The notes beneath the pieces are model-generated. The model made no database searches. It had not been told where the DNA came from and saw only the letters and a list, made by a program, of their open reading frames with translations. Shown in pieces: positions 11,001-24,585 of a stretch of DNA of 64,000 bases. The stretch is taken from assembly GCA_977017575.1 (NCBI GenBank), contig CDRNVI010000164.1, positions 186,001 through 250,000 on the forward strand, in the 5' to 3' direction. The position numbers and the translations under genes were made by a program. Within the stretch, counting starts at the first letter, position 1; each line of letters starts with the position of its first letter. This DNA comes from Paramoeba atlantica. Its lineage: Eukaryota > Protista > Discosea.

Positions 11001-12251
11001 GGCGAGGATGGTGAAGGAGAAGGAGGTTCTTTTTTTTTTTCTCTCCAAAAAAACAGAACCTTTGTCTCACCCTTTCTAAACTAGAGCCAGAAAAACCAGC
11101 AATTGATCCATTGGCAGCACTGAAAGCACGAAAAGCTGCTCGTTCTCCATCTCCAAACCCACCAGGAAGCGCCCAGGAAGAAGGTTTGAATTTTCACATG
11201 ATCACCAATGAAAAAGAAACCATTATCCTTAGCTCACAAATCCAATAAAATAGAACCAGAAAAACCAGCACTTGATCCATTGGCAGCACTGAAAGCCCGA
11301 AAAGCTGCTCGTTCTCCTTCTCCAAACCCGCCCCAGGAAGAAGGTTTGATTTTTCAGCAAATGAAAATCTGTGATCACTTCCTCACAAACCAAATACAGA
11401 ACCAGAAAAACCAGTAATTGATCCATTGGCAGCACTGAAAGCTCGAAAAGTCATTCGTTCTCAAACACCCAACCCACCAGGGACTGTCCAGGAAGAAGGT
11501 TTGATTTTTCACACAACAAATGGAAAAAAATCTGTGATCACTTCCTCACAAACCAAATACAGAACCAGAAAAATCAACACTTGATCCATTGGCAGCACTG
11601 AAAGCTCGAAAGGCCACCCGTTCTCAAACACCCAACCCACCAGAAAGTGCAAAATCAGGTTTTTCTCTTTCCTTCTAAAATTAAAACCACATAAGATAAT
11701 AAAAATCAAAGAGATAACAAACAATATTACCATCACCAAAACTCAATCATCAACAACAGAAGGATTAATTCGAACCAGAGTTCGAGCGGATACTCTGAAT
11801 TCACAACCCCTTGCCACTCGAGATCCTTTGGCTGCTTTGCGAGCAAAGAAGAAAGCAGCTGCTGAATCGCCTTCTTCGACTCTAAGAGTTGATTCTGACG
11901 AACAAGAAGAGGGTTTTGAATTTTTTTTTAAATCCAGATTCTTTTTCTTTTCGTTGACAAATCAATACACAGAACCTGCAAAACTTGACCCACTTGCTGC
12001 TCTCAAAGCAAAAAAGAGAGCTGGGACAGCTTCTCCAGCTCCAGCCAGCCCAGCCTCCCCAAATTTAATACAAGGTTCGTTTTTTTTCAAATCTCAATAT
12101 TTAATTAATATTTTTACTTGTCAAATTTTTGATTTTTAATTGAACTTTCTTAGAAGGAGCCTCACCCAAGCTAGATCCACTCGCTGCCTTGAAAGCAAAA
12201 AGAAAACAAGAAGGGAAAACAAGTACAGGTGCTCTGCGAATTGAGATGTGA
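8075..12251 (+). CDS. Paralog A: N-terminal TM anchor, ER/K charged single-alpha-helix tract, 2 zinc ribbons, CPI motif, LRKT motif, 8 DPLAAL[KR]A[KR] repeats (multi-exon)
   Basis: Proposed exon 1 at 8075-8097 splices (intron 8098-8161) to VYGAGIAVTLSVGVYYFFL. Long exon to 9988 with EEEERLKK repeats and CxxC..CxxC ribbons. LTHQTRERAR at 10141. Small exons carry DPLAALKARK. Ends GALRIEM* (TGA 12249-12251). The start exon is inferred. Confidence 0.75.
11085..11660 (+). repeat. Four tandem exon+intron units (about 150-170 bp) each encoding EPEK..DPLAALKARK..PNPP
   Basis: Both exons (aaccagaaaaaccagca..ttgatccattggcagcactgaaagc) and introns (gtttgatttttca..tgtgatcacttcctcacaaaccaaatacag) are homologous between units. 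Confidence 0.9.
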
Positions 12252-12411
12252 GTGAAAAAAAAATCATAAAGATCTCTTTTTTTTGAAATTTTTTTTTTCT
12301 TTTGGGAAGATTGAACAAATTGAAAGGGAACCAGAATCTCAATTCCCCAAAACTATTCCTTATGAACTCTCAAAACATCATTATCTGTCATCACCAACTC
12401 AAAGTCCGGCT

Positions 12412-12436
12412 CTAAATTTAGAACTCTAAATTTAGC
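12412..12436. promoter_or_regulatory. Two CTAAATTTAG palindromes upstream of the large ankyrin gene; candidate core-promoter motif
   Basis: Exact palindromes at 12412 and 12426, about 85-105 bp before ATG 12519. Related motifs recur upstream of other genes. Confidence 0.45.
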
Positions 12437-12518
12437 AACTGAAAAATTTGTTTTTTTGGTTTTTCTCTCTTTCTCTTTTTCTCTTTTTTTCTGTTCTGTG
12501 CTTTCCTTTTGTGTCTTG

Positions 12519-15500
12519 ATGTCTTCGCGAGAGACAAGTGAGACCTTGATCTCCGCGGTAAAGAGACATGACGTTGAACTAGTGAAAAAAGCACTTCTTC
12601 AACAAAACGCAGATGTGAATTATCAACCACAAAAGGTTACAACACCTTGGGGGATGTTTTTGGGATCACAATCGCATGAAGACAAACGTGATTGGTCTCC
12701 TTTGATGGAAGCAGTGACAAACAATTATGTTGATTTGGTTGAGTTGTTGTTTAATATGAAAGCGGATGTGAATTTGGAAGATAGTAAAGGGAATACTGCG
12801 CTTCATTTAGCTTGTGCGTATGGGAGAGATCAGATTACGACTCTTTTGTTTGAAAAAGAAGCGAATACAGTTGCCCAAAACCATCGAGGGCAAACTCCTC
12901 TTCATCTTGCAGCAGCTCACTCTCTCCCATGTACAAAACTTCTTCTTTTATCAGGTGTAGATCCCAAAACGCAATGCCATGAAGGATTGTCCCCTCTCCA
13001 TGAAGCATGCAAAGAAAATAATGTTGATATTTTGTGGATGTTGTTGTTGGCTGGGGGAGATATAGAACAAAGAGATAAGAATGGCGCAACTCCTGTTTTT
13101 TATGCTGCTTCTTTTGGGGCAACTCGGTGTTATGATATGTTGGTTGAACAAGGCGCTGATGTTAATGTTCCTACTTATGATGGCCAGACTTGTCTTCATG
13201 CCAGGTTTTTTTTTTTTTTTGTGTTTGTTTCTTTTGAAAAATGAGTTGTTATTTTTTTGAGAAACTTGGTTTTTTTTTTGTGATTAAAAAATGATTTTTT
13301 TGTTTTGTTTTTAGTATTCTGAACAAAGATAATGCTATTCTTTTCCGGCTCCTGGCTCGAGATAATGCAGCTGTTGCTGTGGAGAATCAACAAAAGCTTA
13401 CTCCTCTCCATCTTGCTGCTTCTCTTGGAAAGGTTCTTCTTCTCTTTTCAGTTTTTTCCCTCCCTTTTTTCTCAAGAGTTTTTCTAGGGAAGTTGTGCCT
13501 CTCTCTTGATCACAAAAGAAGCCTCTGTGGATGCGCAGGTACTTTTACTTTCTGTTTCTTTTCTAAACTTCCCTTTTTTTTTCTTTCTTTTCTTTCTCTT
13601 TCTTCATTTTCTTTTCCTTACCTTATCTTATCCCCCTCCTCACAGACCCACCTCGGAAATACCCCTCTTCATCTCGCAGTCCTCCGTCTTGGAACGACCC
13701 TCTCAAAAGAAGAAGAATTAAAAGCTATCTCGTGTATTGAAATCTTGTTAGACAAAGGAGCAGGATGGAAAATGCAAAATCATGAGGGGCTTACTCCTGT
13801 ACATATGGCCTGTTTGGTGGGGAATTCTATGGCGTTAAAATCGTTGTTAAATCATGCGCATCGAGTTGTTAGAACCCAGAAGAGGCAGGTTGTAAATGTG
13901 GGGAGTGTGGTTGTGCAGTGTCAACATAGTGTTTGTGGAAAGAAGAAGGTGTCTGGGTGGGATAAGGTGAGAGGGATGTTGAGGGGGGAGATGAACTCAG
14001 GTTTGATGGATTTTTTAAATTAAAAATTTAATTCTCCTTTTTTCCCTCCTTTCTCACCTTTTTTAATTAATTAGCGAATGTTGTTCGAACTGGTGTTTCT
14101 TGGGCCTTCAGCTCTGAATCTACTCTTTTGTCCTCTCCCTCTTCTCCTTCTTCATCCTCCACTAATTCTTCCTCTTCCTCTTCCACTCCCTCTTCCTCTT
14201 CCTCTTCCTCTTCCTCTTCTTCTTCCCTTATTTCTGCTTTATCTTCCTCAACACCTGCTCTATGTGCGGTCAAAGATCTTAAATCAGAAGAAAAAACCCC
14301 ACCTGGTTCTCCTCAAGTTCCAGTTCGAAGTCTCTCTTCTCTCCCGGCCGCGACATTTTCTCATCACTCTCGAGAGAAAGATCTTCCTACTGGCGGACCA
14401 GCGGCGGTACTAAAGAGACAATTCTCTCCTCAAAATCTTTTGAGGAAGACAAATTCAACTGACTACGCTTTTAATCCCCAAGAATCAACATCAACCAACT
14501 CGATGAAATCGGCGCTCCCTCCCCCTCTTGCAGCTCCTCCTGTCCCCGGCCCTCGTAAATCTGTGCCGCGTATCTTCCCCCGTTCTGGGAGTGGAGTGCC
14601 TCCTTCTGTCGCAAGGGATAATCTTTATCCTGAGTTGGAAAAAGATGGGAAGAGTGAGGATTCTCCTTTACATTTGGCGGTGATTTCAGGGGATTATTCC
14701 ACTGTTGAGATGATATTGCCTGTAGTGTGTCCCAGGTATTTTTTCCATTTATTGTGTAATTTCGCCCACTTTTTTTTGCATTGGTTTTTTTAACCTTTTT
14801 TTAGACAGAAAATGGAATTGGAGAATCGCCCAATTGACAAGTATGATGAAGGAGGTAAGTTTTTTCTTTTTTCCTTTCCTTTCTCCCCTTCTTCTCACCC
14901 TCCACAAAAAGGATTTACTCCTCTCTGTCTCGCCGCCTCATTAGGGCATCACAAGTTGATTGACTTTTTGTTAAAAAATGAGGCAGACCCAAACAAACCA
15001 GATTCAAATGGGAATACTCCTCTTCATTTAGCTGCAAGAAACCCTTCTTCTGAACACGCACTGGTTTATTTTTCATTTTTGTCACCCCTCTTTTGGTCAG
15101 AAGAAGGGTCGTTATTTTTCCTTTCCCCTCCTTTTTTTCCTCCTCCAATTCACTCTTTTTAAATCTAGTGTGTTCAAGAACTTCTTGCAAGTGGAGCGGA
15201 ACTTGACTCACAAGACAAACAAGGAAATACCCCTCTCCATGTCGCTTGTGAATCCGGAAGTCTCTCTTCAATCAATGTTTTAATCGAGAACGAAGCATCA
15301 ATTGATTCTTTAAATCAATATGGGCACAGTGCAATTGAAATAGCATGTTGGTATGGGTTTGAGAAAATATTGCAAACATTAATTCAATTTCGAGTGAAAA
15401 AAGCTACAACTCCTTCTCTTCCACCTCCACCATTTCCTTCTTCCATTTCTGCGTTACACATTGCGGCCTTTCGAGGGCATACAAGATGTTTGGCTTTGTT

Positions 15501-17509
15501 GTTGGAGAGTGGGATGGTCGTGACAAGGAATGATGACAGTGGGAGGAAAGCTCTTCATCTTGCAGCTGCGACAGGGGAAAGAGAATGTATTCAGTTTTTG
15601 TTGGCGAAGGTTATTTTTGTTTATTTTTCAGATATTTTTTTTAGTTGATTGTTTCAGTTGATTTTGCTGACATCTTTCTTTTCTTTTAGGGAGCGGATCC
15701 AAATGTAGAGGTTAAAGGATGTGGTTTAAGTGCAGCAGGAATTTGTTCAATTGGAGGACACCAAGATTGTTTGCCTCTTATCCATACACACAAAGGATCA
15801 ATGCAAATGGGAACAGGTTTTTTAAAGAAGGAACAAGAGATTTTTAAAAATCTAAAAATTTTGATATTATTCTAATACTGATTTACAAATACTAGGGCAA
15901 CATGCATTGCATTTTGCTGCTGGAGCTGGGATGGTTCCAGTTGCGAATTATCTTTTAGAAACAAGAACGAACCCAGAATGCGAAGACAGGTTCTTTTCTC
16001 TTCCTTAAAATTCTTTTCAAGTTCATTGGTTCTTCGAATTTAATTCTGAGTGATAAAAATAGTCAAAGATGGACTCCTTTACATTTTGCTGCATTTAATG
16101 GTCATGCTCGTTGTTTGGAGGTTCTTCTCAGTGCTGGAGCTTCGCCATGTTTCTTTTTTTTCTCCTTTTCTTCTTTTCTTTTGTTAGTTAATCTAAACAA
16201 ACTCCTTTTCCCGATTCGAACCCTCTTTTTTCCTCTTCCCACTAAAAAGGTGCAAAAAATAACAAAGGAGACACTCCGCTTCACTGTGCAATCTCAAAAG
16301 GAACACAACACTGCGCTAAACTCCTCCTCGAAAAAGACCCAGCCCCTCTCCAAATGGCAAACAATCAAAATCTTTGTCCATTACAATTGGCTGTGATACA
16401 TAAACAATTTCAGTGTATTGAGTTGTTGTTGAAAGGGAAGAAAGTGAGTGATCCGAATTTGTGTGGTGATGGGGAGAGTGTGATTCATACTGTGGCGAGA
16501 TTTGGTTGTATTGAGGCGTTCCCTATTTTGATTGGTTCTATTTTTTTTTGTATCTTTTTCTCCAGTTAACAAAAAAGAGTTATCAAACGTTAAAACAACT
16601 CTTAAACATCCAATTTAATTTGTTTCCTGGTGTTTAGATATGGGATATGATCCTCGCTCTCTCACAAAAGAAGGGTTTTCGATCTTTCATACTGCGGCAA
16701 TCTCAAATCAAGGAGAGTTTTTACAAAGTCTTTTATCTGGTGCGGATGCAGCGAGGGTGAACGGGTTTGTTTTGTTTCTTTTTTCTCTCTCCTTTTTTCT
16801 TCCCTCTTTTCTTCCATCAAATTTTTATATTTAATTTTATTTCTCATTCAGTTTGGATCCAAATTGTACTGATCAATGTGGAAGAACTCCTCTTCATGTT
16901 GCCACAATTGTTAGAGCTTGGAGTTGTGTTCAAGTCCTTTTAAAACATGGCGTGACAGCTGACCGAATTGATCAGGTGGATGACGAGGGTGTGTCACCAA
17001 TTATTCATGCTTTGGCACCCTATTCTCCTCCTGTTTATGCACTAAATGGAGCTATAATTTCTACTGAATTGTGTTTGGATTTTAGGTGCGCTTTTTTGTT
17101 GTTGGAGATGGGATGTTCTATTGTTCATAAGGATCAGAATGGAGAGAGCGCTCTTATGTTGGCAATTCATTATGCAAATGTAGCGAATGAATTTATTGTT
17201 CAGCAATTGAGCTCAGGAAGGAAGTGGTTAGTGGAGTTGGTGGAATTGTTGTTGCAGTTTCAGAATTGCAATGTGAATGAGAGGAATTCATTTGGGATGA
17301 CTTGCTTACATATCATTGCGGAAACTTTCCTCCCAAAAGGAGGAGAAGAAGGAACAGAGAGAATGAAATTGTGGGAAAAAATATTTGATTGTTTGTTGGA
17401 GAGTGGAGCGGATTTATCAGTCACCGATTTGGCTGGGAGAACTCCTTCTGATATTGCAGTTGAAGTTGGGAATCATTGGTTTGAAAACAGATGTAAAAGG
17501 AGAGAATAG
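12519..17509 (+). CDS. Large multi-exon ankyrin-repeat protein with a central Ser/Pro-rich insert
   Basis: Many TPLHxAA-type repeats across exons (GNTALHLACAYG, GQTPLHLAAA, GLSPLHEAC, GNTPLHLAAR, GRTPLHVAT). ATG 12519; TAG 17507-17509. Internal exon boundaries not all resolved. Confidence 0.85.
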
Positions 17510-17636
17510 CTCACAATAAAGGAAGGACGATGGGGAAGGAGGGTGGGGAGAGGAGCAGAAAAAGAATCATTAAAAAAAGAGAAAAATAAAGTTGTTCATT
17601 TTAAAAATTGGTTCGATTCTATTATCAAAAAAATGA
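17464..17636 (+). repeat. Segment A: last codons and 3' UTR of the large ankyrin gene; copied at 30511-30672
   Basis: gttgggaatcattggtttgaaaacag..gctcacaataaaggaaggacgatgg..ggttcgattctattatcaaaaaaatga matches 30511-30672. Confidence 0.9.
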
Positions 17637-17664
17637 AGACTTTGAACCCTCCCCTCTTCCCCCC

Positions 17665-17775
17665 CACCAAAAAAAGAGAAATGAACATAAGAAAGATATC
17701 TCTTTTATTTTAAATGTATTTCTCCCAATTCTGACTATTCCTTTACAATTCTCAGAAAAAGAGAATAAAAGGGAG
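17665..17775 (+). repeat. Segment B: about 110 bp direct repeat, second copy at about 24586-24700
   Basis: gaaagatatctcttttattttaaatgtatttctcccaattctgactattcctttacaattctcagaaaaaga recurs near 24611-24692 with small indels. Confidence 0.85.
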
Positions 17776-17978
17776 AAAAGTGAAAAAAAAAGATAAACCT
17801 TTTGAATTGTTTCTGACAAAAGAGAAAACCATTCACCACATTCAGAAGATTCAGTAAAATAGAGAGATAACTTTTTCACTTTTTCACTTTTTCATCAGAC
17901 TAATTTCCTCCTCCCAAAAAAGATGAATAATTAATTTTTTTATTATTTACAATAAATGTTCTATTCAATCTGATGTTC

Positions 17979-20900
17979 TTAATCTTCATTTTTTTTCGTA
18001 AATTTGTCTTTTAGATTCTTGTCACTGGGATTCCATTCTTTCTTTCCTTGATCGCCAGTCTCCCATTTTCGGATGATCTTTAATTGTCGAACTTCTCTTT
18101 GAGAACCCCACAAATCCTCATTCCCTTCATTTATTGTTGGGTGAACCGGGGTATTGCTCTGTCGTGTACTGGAAGAAGTTTCACCGAACTCCGATTGGAA
18201 AAATGCTGAGTAGTTGAATTGGAGTTGTAAGAAGAAGAGAAGGAAGACTTCAGTGATCATCAAAGTAATAAACATATAAACCGAAGATACAAATTCAATT
18301 GCCAAAATAAGAATAAATAGAAGACATCGAATGAAGAAAGAAAGAACGATTACACCCCCAATCACCATCACAAACCGTTTTGGTCGGCTCACTCTCTTTG
18401 ACAATTTGATCAAAGTGTACGAATAAAAACAAAAGATAGCTCCCAAAACAAACGTCACAGAAATGATCAACGATTGATAAATAATGGACAACGTTCGTGT
18501 GCTTTCTTCTTGTTTGTCATAAGAAGGCGCAACTCGTCCAGGACAAGGTGATTCTCCTTCTTCTTTCAGAATCACTTCAGAGTAAACAATCGTCACAATT
18601 ACCCAAAGAGACCACACAAAGATTAATCCCCAAATGACCGCTCCTTCTAATTTGTCAGAATCACGCATAAATGTCTTTTGAGCTACAACCTTTTGCCAAA
18701 AAAAGATGGATGTAATCACCACACTAAATAACAAAAAAGTTGGAATCTCAAAAACAATAAACTCAGCAAGTTCGTTTCCATCAAAAACCTCATTTGGATA
18801 TCCAAACATGAAAACAACTCGAAACACACACAAAATAATCAACAAAAACGAGATGATTCCCAACATTTGTGAGCTGTCACGATGTTGAAGGAAATAAACG
18901 AAATAGATTGACAACAGAGCAAAACAAATACAATAACAGACACCCAATGTGTACATCAAAGCACGTGTCTCTCGAGAAGTATACCCTTCTTCCCTCTCTT
19001 CATAATCTTCCAATCGGGAAATTGGATACAAACGAATTGTATTTTCGATCACTTCAGGAACATCTTCAACAACAATCGTACCACACCAAAACCGAGAACC
19101 AAAAACAAAAGATGTGTTCAGATCTGATATCCCAAGAGGATAAATTGTTCCCACAGCTTTCTTTGAGTATCCAATATCTGGTACTGGGTATTTTAAAATC
19201 TCTGTTGTTAAATGTTTTTTGTCACTCACCAAAAGACAAACCAAAAAAGATTTCACATTTATCAAAGTTCGAAAGGAAAGAACACTCCCATCTCCACGAA
19301 GAACACCAACTGTTGCAGATTTTTGATTCAACACAATCCCAAGTTGAAGTTTCTTTTCAAATTCAAACGAAATACTTGGGCGAGGTGGAGGAACAACAAA
19401 CCAAGCTTCAGAGACAATTGATAACTTCAACAAAGTACATCCTTCACGAATACTATCCAATGCAAAAGAAACTCTTGAAGATGGTCCTTTCACAAAAGAT
19501 GTTTCACCCACACAAGCACGTCTCACTCCGACTAATTCTTCCACCTCCTGATTTCCAACTTTTTGATTGTAACATTGGGGGGGATTGTTGTCCCCCTCAA
19601 CTGTCTCACTTGAATTGGAGAAACAATCACAGACTAACGAATTCAACGAAGAGGAAACATAATTGTTTTCACAAATCACTTCAGATTTTACCGCACAAGA
19701 AAATTGTTGTTCTTCCGTTGCTTCCAACCATTTTTGCAAGAGTTCAAAAGAGAGAGAAGGAGTCCATTGATATTTAACAACAGGTTGAATTTCTCTCCAA
19801 CGAAGTGTTCGTGAAACACCATGACTCCAAACACCTTGATACCATTCCCACGGATACTCAGAGATTCCACCACGACAATCACAATCTTCATCATCAAGCC
19901 AAAGTAATTGGTGCTGAATTAATGGTAGTTGACATCCATATCGACCATAATTTTTGTTTCTGCATTCTGTTTCGCTCATTGCTGGAGTTAACCACGTTCG
20001 CGCAGTTCCTGTGACTGGATTTGAAATACAACTCTCAGGAGATTGAACATAAGCCTCTCGACATCCACTCACAAGGCGATCTGTTGCATCTGGACAAAAA
20101 GTATATCTGAGTGTTGATACATAAATTCCAGATGTGAAACAAGCTCCAAACTGAACATCAATTTGATGGTCAGCATCAGATCGAATAATTGTTGTTGAAG
20201 GTCGGTCAGTGCAGTACCCAGAGTTTTCACACTCTTCTTGTGATTCACATTGATGCCATAAATCCACAAAACACTTCAAATATCGTTGGAATGTGGTTTC
20301 CCCATTACATGATGTTGTTTCCACAGATTCACATGTTTCCCAATTTGTGGAAGCATCAATCAATAAAGACAACTGCAAGTTTTGTGGAGTGTTTTGTTTT
20401 AGAATATGTGGAAAACACACAAAAAGAGAGGAAAAGAGAAAAAAAAAGAGAGAGGAAAAGAATGACCAAAAAAAAGAGAAAAAGAACCTCAGTACAACTC
20501 TCCAAAGTAGCATTTACAACACAAATCGAATCTTCATACCAAACAGCTCCAACATCAGAAATCCTGTTGAAACCTTCACAAAGACTTTCAGAATCAACAG
20601 CCACCAAACAAGCACCACGAAGTCCATCCAAAGACCGACAACTTTCTCCAGGACAATCAGTTGAGCAACGCCCAGTTTGTGCATAGCAATTTTCTGCAGA
20701 TAATCCAAAAATAATTTCGCCATCTCCCAACTCACAAGCCACTGTATTCTCACAAAAATCTTGATCACCAGGAATATAGATACATTCTTCATCTTCTCCT
20801 CCAGGACAATAAACACAATAATTCCCTTCTTTACATTTATCATCAGCATCATCACTACCACCATCACCACCACTCTCAGGAAGTCCAGTCACTGGACAAA

Positions 20901-23900
20901 CAATTGAAGATGAGGAACACTCAGCTTCAGATGATGCGTGAAACACATAAAGAGGAAGACATCGTGTGTAACACTGTGCTCCACTCTGTTTACAAGAAGT
21001 TCCAAGACAATAACCAGGAGGACAAATCTCATTCACACTTTCAATATCATCAACAGGAAGACCAAGAACCTCTGCTTTGCAAGTTAAAGATTCTAAAGCA
21101 GTCCAAACATAACGAGATCGTAAAAAGATATCTAGTGGTTCATTGGTTGCAACACAATCATCCACCAAAGCAGCAGATTTTAATCCAAGAAAGAATATTT
21201 CAGAATCACGAGACGCAAAGGAAGCTTCTTTAGGTAGAACAGTCCATCGTAAATAGTCTTCCAGTGAAGGACTCATTTTCGAGATGTAGCATCGAAGGAA
21301 TCCATCTTCAACCTCTGATGTTGTTCCTAACACACATTTTTTGGTTTGATGATTGCACTTTCCAGACCATTGTTCACATTGAAAATCAGCCACACAATCA
21401 ATTCCCTTGAAATCGTCTGTTTGTTATGTTGTTTAGAGAAAAAGAAAAGAATAAAAAGGGGGAGAGGGGGTGGTGAGAAGACTCTATCAATTTTCTTTTT
21501 CGAATTCACAAAAACAAAAACAAAAACATTGGAGAAAGAAAAGGAGAAAGAAAAGGAGAAAGAAAAGAAGAAGAAAAAATAGAACCTCGAAGACCTGCTT
21601 GATTCAGACATTCACGCACAACACGATTCAGTTCGTTATCAAGAGCATATCCCAACTCATTTCGAAAGTTCTGTGAAAAAAAACAAAAAAAAAACAAAGT
21701 GTCAATCTATCTCAACAATAAAAACCACTGAATATTTCTATCAAAAAAAAATCTCAAAAAAAAGAAAAGGAAAGACCTTAATACCAGAGGAACACCCTTG
21801 AACAAGATCTTTCACATGATTCAAAGAATGTGCCAAATCTTCAAAATAGGTATTGGCACATTCAGATACCCCACAAGTCGAAGAATCTGCTGTTGTAAAC
21901 TGTTCTTGATTTTGTGCGATTGTGAAAGGAGTACAACAATCAATTGCCTCCGCTGCAACAGCACAACAAGGACTCTTCTCATACTCTTCTGTTCCAAGTT
22001 CATACTGACAGAAACTTTGATCAACTAAAGTTACATTCTCAACTTGGGTATTCATCGCTTCAATTGCAGCTTCTTTACAAGAAGAACTCGCAATCCCAGC
22101 ACCTAAGATGTCGACCACATACTTTTTTATGGGGGGGGAGGGGAAGAAAGAGAGAAGATTGAAAGATCAGTAAAAGAAATTAACAAAAACAAAAACAAAA
22201 ACGAAGAAACAACAAACTTTGTGAAATTCAATTGTCTCTAAAGAATCTGATTCGAGGACTTCAGATAGCTCATCATTTACGATAATTTGGAGTCTCTCAT
22301 AACTTGTTTGATCACACAATTCTGAAAGATTGATTTGAGTGAAGGAAGATAGAGGGATTGTTGCCAAGTATTGACTGGGAGAAGCTGGAGTCTTCTCATT
22401 GAGATCAAATGCGTTATTAGGAAGCTCTGGAACCTCCCCAAGCTCATTGGTGATCGAGAGAAGTGCAAGAGAAACTTGTTCTAATTGATTACGAGGAAAG
22501 ACCACAGAAGAATCAATCGCAAGAAGAATCACTGCAGTCAATGTGTTTTTGAGAGGTTGAGCGCCAATCACGTTGTAATATTGTTCATACACATTAATCC
22601 CTTCAGTGTCAAACTTGGGTAACTGTGGAGAAGGAGGCCAGAAGATTAAAGGATCAGAAGTTGAAGGTACCATCCAAGCCTGACAAAAAGCTGGGAAGAA
22701 ATCTCCACAATTCGTCCCTGGAATTCCAAAGAGAGCAGGAGACATTGCAGACAAAGCTTCTTGGTAACTAAAACTCGCTGAAGGAGTGTTTACACTTGGG
22801 GGGGCTAATGGAATTAAAAGAGGAATTGAAACTGTTGAAAAAATAACATGTGTTCGCCCTGGAATCCAGAAAGTTGTACCACATCGAACATACGAAACAA
22901 CATCAGAGCACATTGAGAATGAAACCCGATTTTCTCCTCGACTATATCGTGAGATTAGAGAATTAGTCAAGTATGTGATCTGATTGGTATCTTTGGGCAT
23001 GCAATGAACGTCTACAAGGGGACCTTTCTCTTCTAAAGTCCCAGAAAACGAAACTTGGTGGCATCCTGCAAGTACAAAAAGAGATCTATCAATATAATGC
23101 AAAAGATTTTGAGAAGGAAAGAAAATCAGGTAATTAAATTACCTGGTGGAATTGGTAAAACAAATCCAGCAACTGAAGAAAAAGCTCTGCCAAAATCGAC
23201 TGTGAGGGTTTCTGTATCTTGGAGACAAAAAGTTGGTTGATCAGTTCCTGCTTGCGCTCCAATTATCTCACTTTCAGGAACATCTTTACAAAGAATTCTC
23301 CCAGGAGGAGGAACCAATGGATATTCTTGAGGAGAAACTTCGATTTTGACATCAAAAGACGAACTAAAAAAAGAATAAACTGCAAGAGAATACGTTCCTA
23401 ATTGATAGTCAATGTGAGCATTTGGACAAACAACTAGGAGGTTATTTAATGCCCACCCAAGCCCTGGTGGAATGTTGCCTCTTCTCCATTGTGTCTTTTC
23501 TGCAGTTGGAACAGCATACAGATTCGAGAGATAGACCAGAGGCACGCCATAGAGTGGACGTAGAGAAAGTTTAAATGGTTTGCAAGCATACTCTTCTGAA
23601 ACAAAAAACCGGAAGTAAACAGTTTCATCAGGTTCAAGAGTGAAGACTTTTGATCGTTCGTTAAGATTTAAAGTGTGATAAGGAGGAATAGAATCAGGTT
23701 CACACCATTCATTGACTTGATCCCAAGAATTATGATCACCTTTTTGAGCTGGACCACAGCACCGAACATCTTCACAACCTGTTGGCTTGGGGGTGGGGGT
23801 GGGGAGGTTTTAATGTCAGTCATGTGTTCTCACAAGACGAAAAACAAAAAGTAAAGAACAGAAAAAACCTGTTGTGATGACCAATCACAAGGAACACAAT

Positions 23901-24132
23901 TCGTTTCTGGACAATCCTTCTCAGATAGCCCACAAATAAAAGATTCTCCTCTCAGATAAAGCTCTTGATCAAATTCCATTTGAACCACAGCTGCTTCATA
24001 CTCAATGTTTAAAACAGTTTGATTGATAAACCAAAGTTTTTCATCAACAAGACGAGGGCGAATCGCAAAGACTTCAACAAACACAAGACCCAAAAATAGC
24101 ACCCAACCAAACGATTTTACAACGGTACCCAT
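17979..24132 (-). CDS. Giant signal-peptide/Cys-rich ectodomain protein with a C-terminal 7TM (GPCR-like) module, multi-exon
   Basis: ATG 24132 gives signal peptide MGTVVKSFGWVLFLGLVFVEVFA. Cys-rich exons follow. The last exon has seven hydrophobic helices (ALMYTLG.., LGIISF.., FEIPTFLLFS.., AVIWGL.., IIYQSLII.., FVMVIGG.., SVYMFITL..) and a Cys in ECL2 (PCPGRV). Confidence 0.75.
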
Positions 24133-24585
24133 TGCCTTCACCGCTCCGAACCAAAACGTCCCTGAGTTCCCCGTAAAACTACCAGGTTTTTTCGACTGTC
24201 GAAAAAATCCTGAACGAGGAAGGAAGTTGTTGTTCGCACCACCCCACCACAAGAGAGGAGGAAGTGTTCACGAGAACAGAGCGAGAGGGTCGAATCCCAA
24301 GGGTTCTTCTGCGCTCACCCAAGGTTTTTCCCGCTTTCCTTTCGGTGAGGTTTTGAGAAAAAAAATTTCGCGTTTTTTGAGATACCAGTTTTTGTTTCAC
24401 AAAAAGGGAGTTTTTGGAGAAAGAGAGTTTACAACAACAACAGGCTCTGCGACGGCAAAGCGTTTGCGCAAGAAGAGAAATGCGGAAAACAACAGCGGAC
24501 GGAGCAAAAAACCTATTTTGGTAAATTTTTACCAAATAAGGAATTTCAGGTTGAGGGAAGGGATACACAAAGACCCTCTTGTACA

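Noticed and set aside
11085-11660. CRISPR-like repeat/spacer periodicity
   Set aside because: The units are coding exons plus homologous GT-AG introns in a eukaryotic gene; there are no unique spacers or cas genes.
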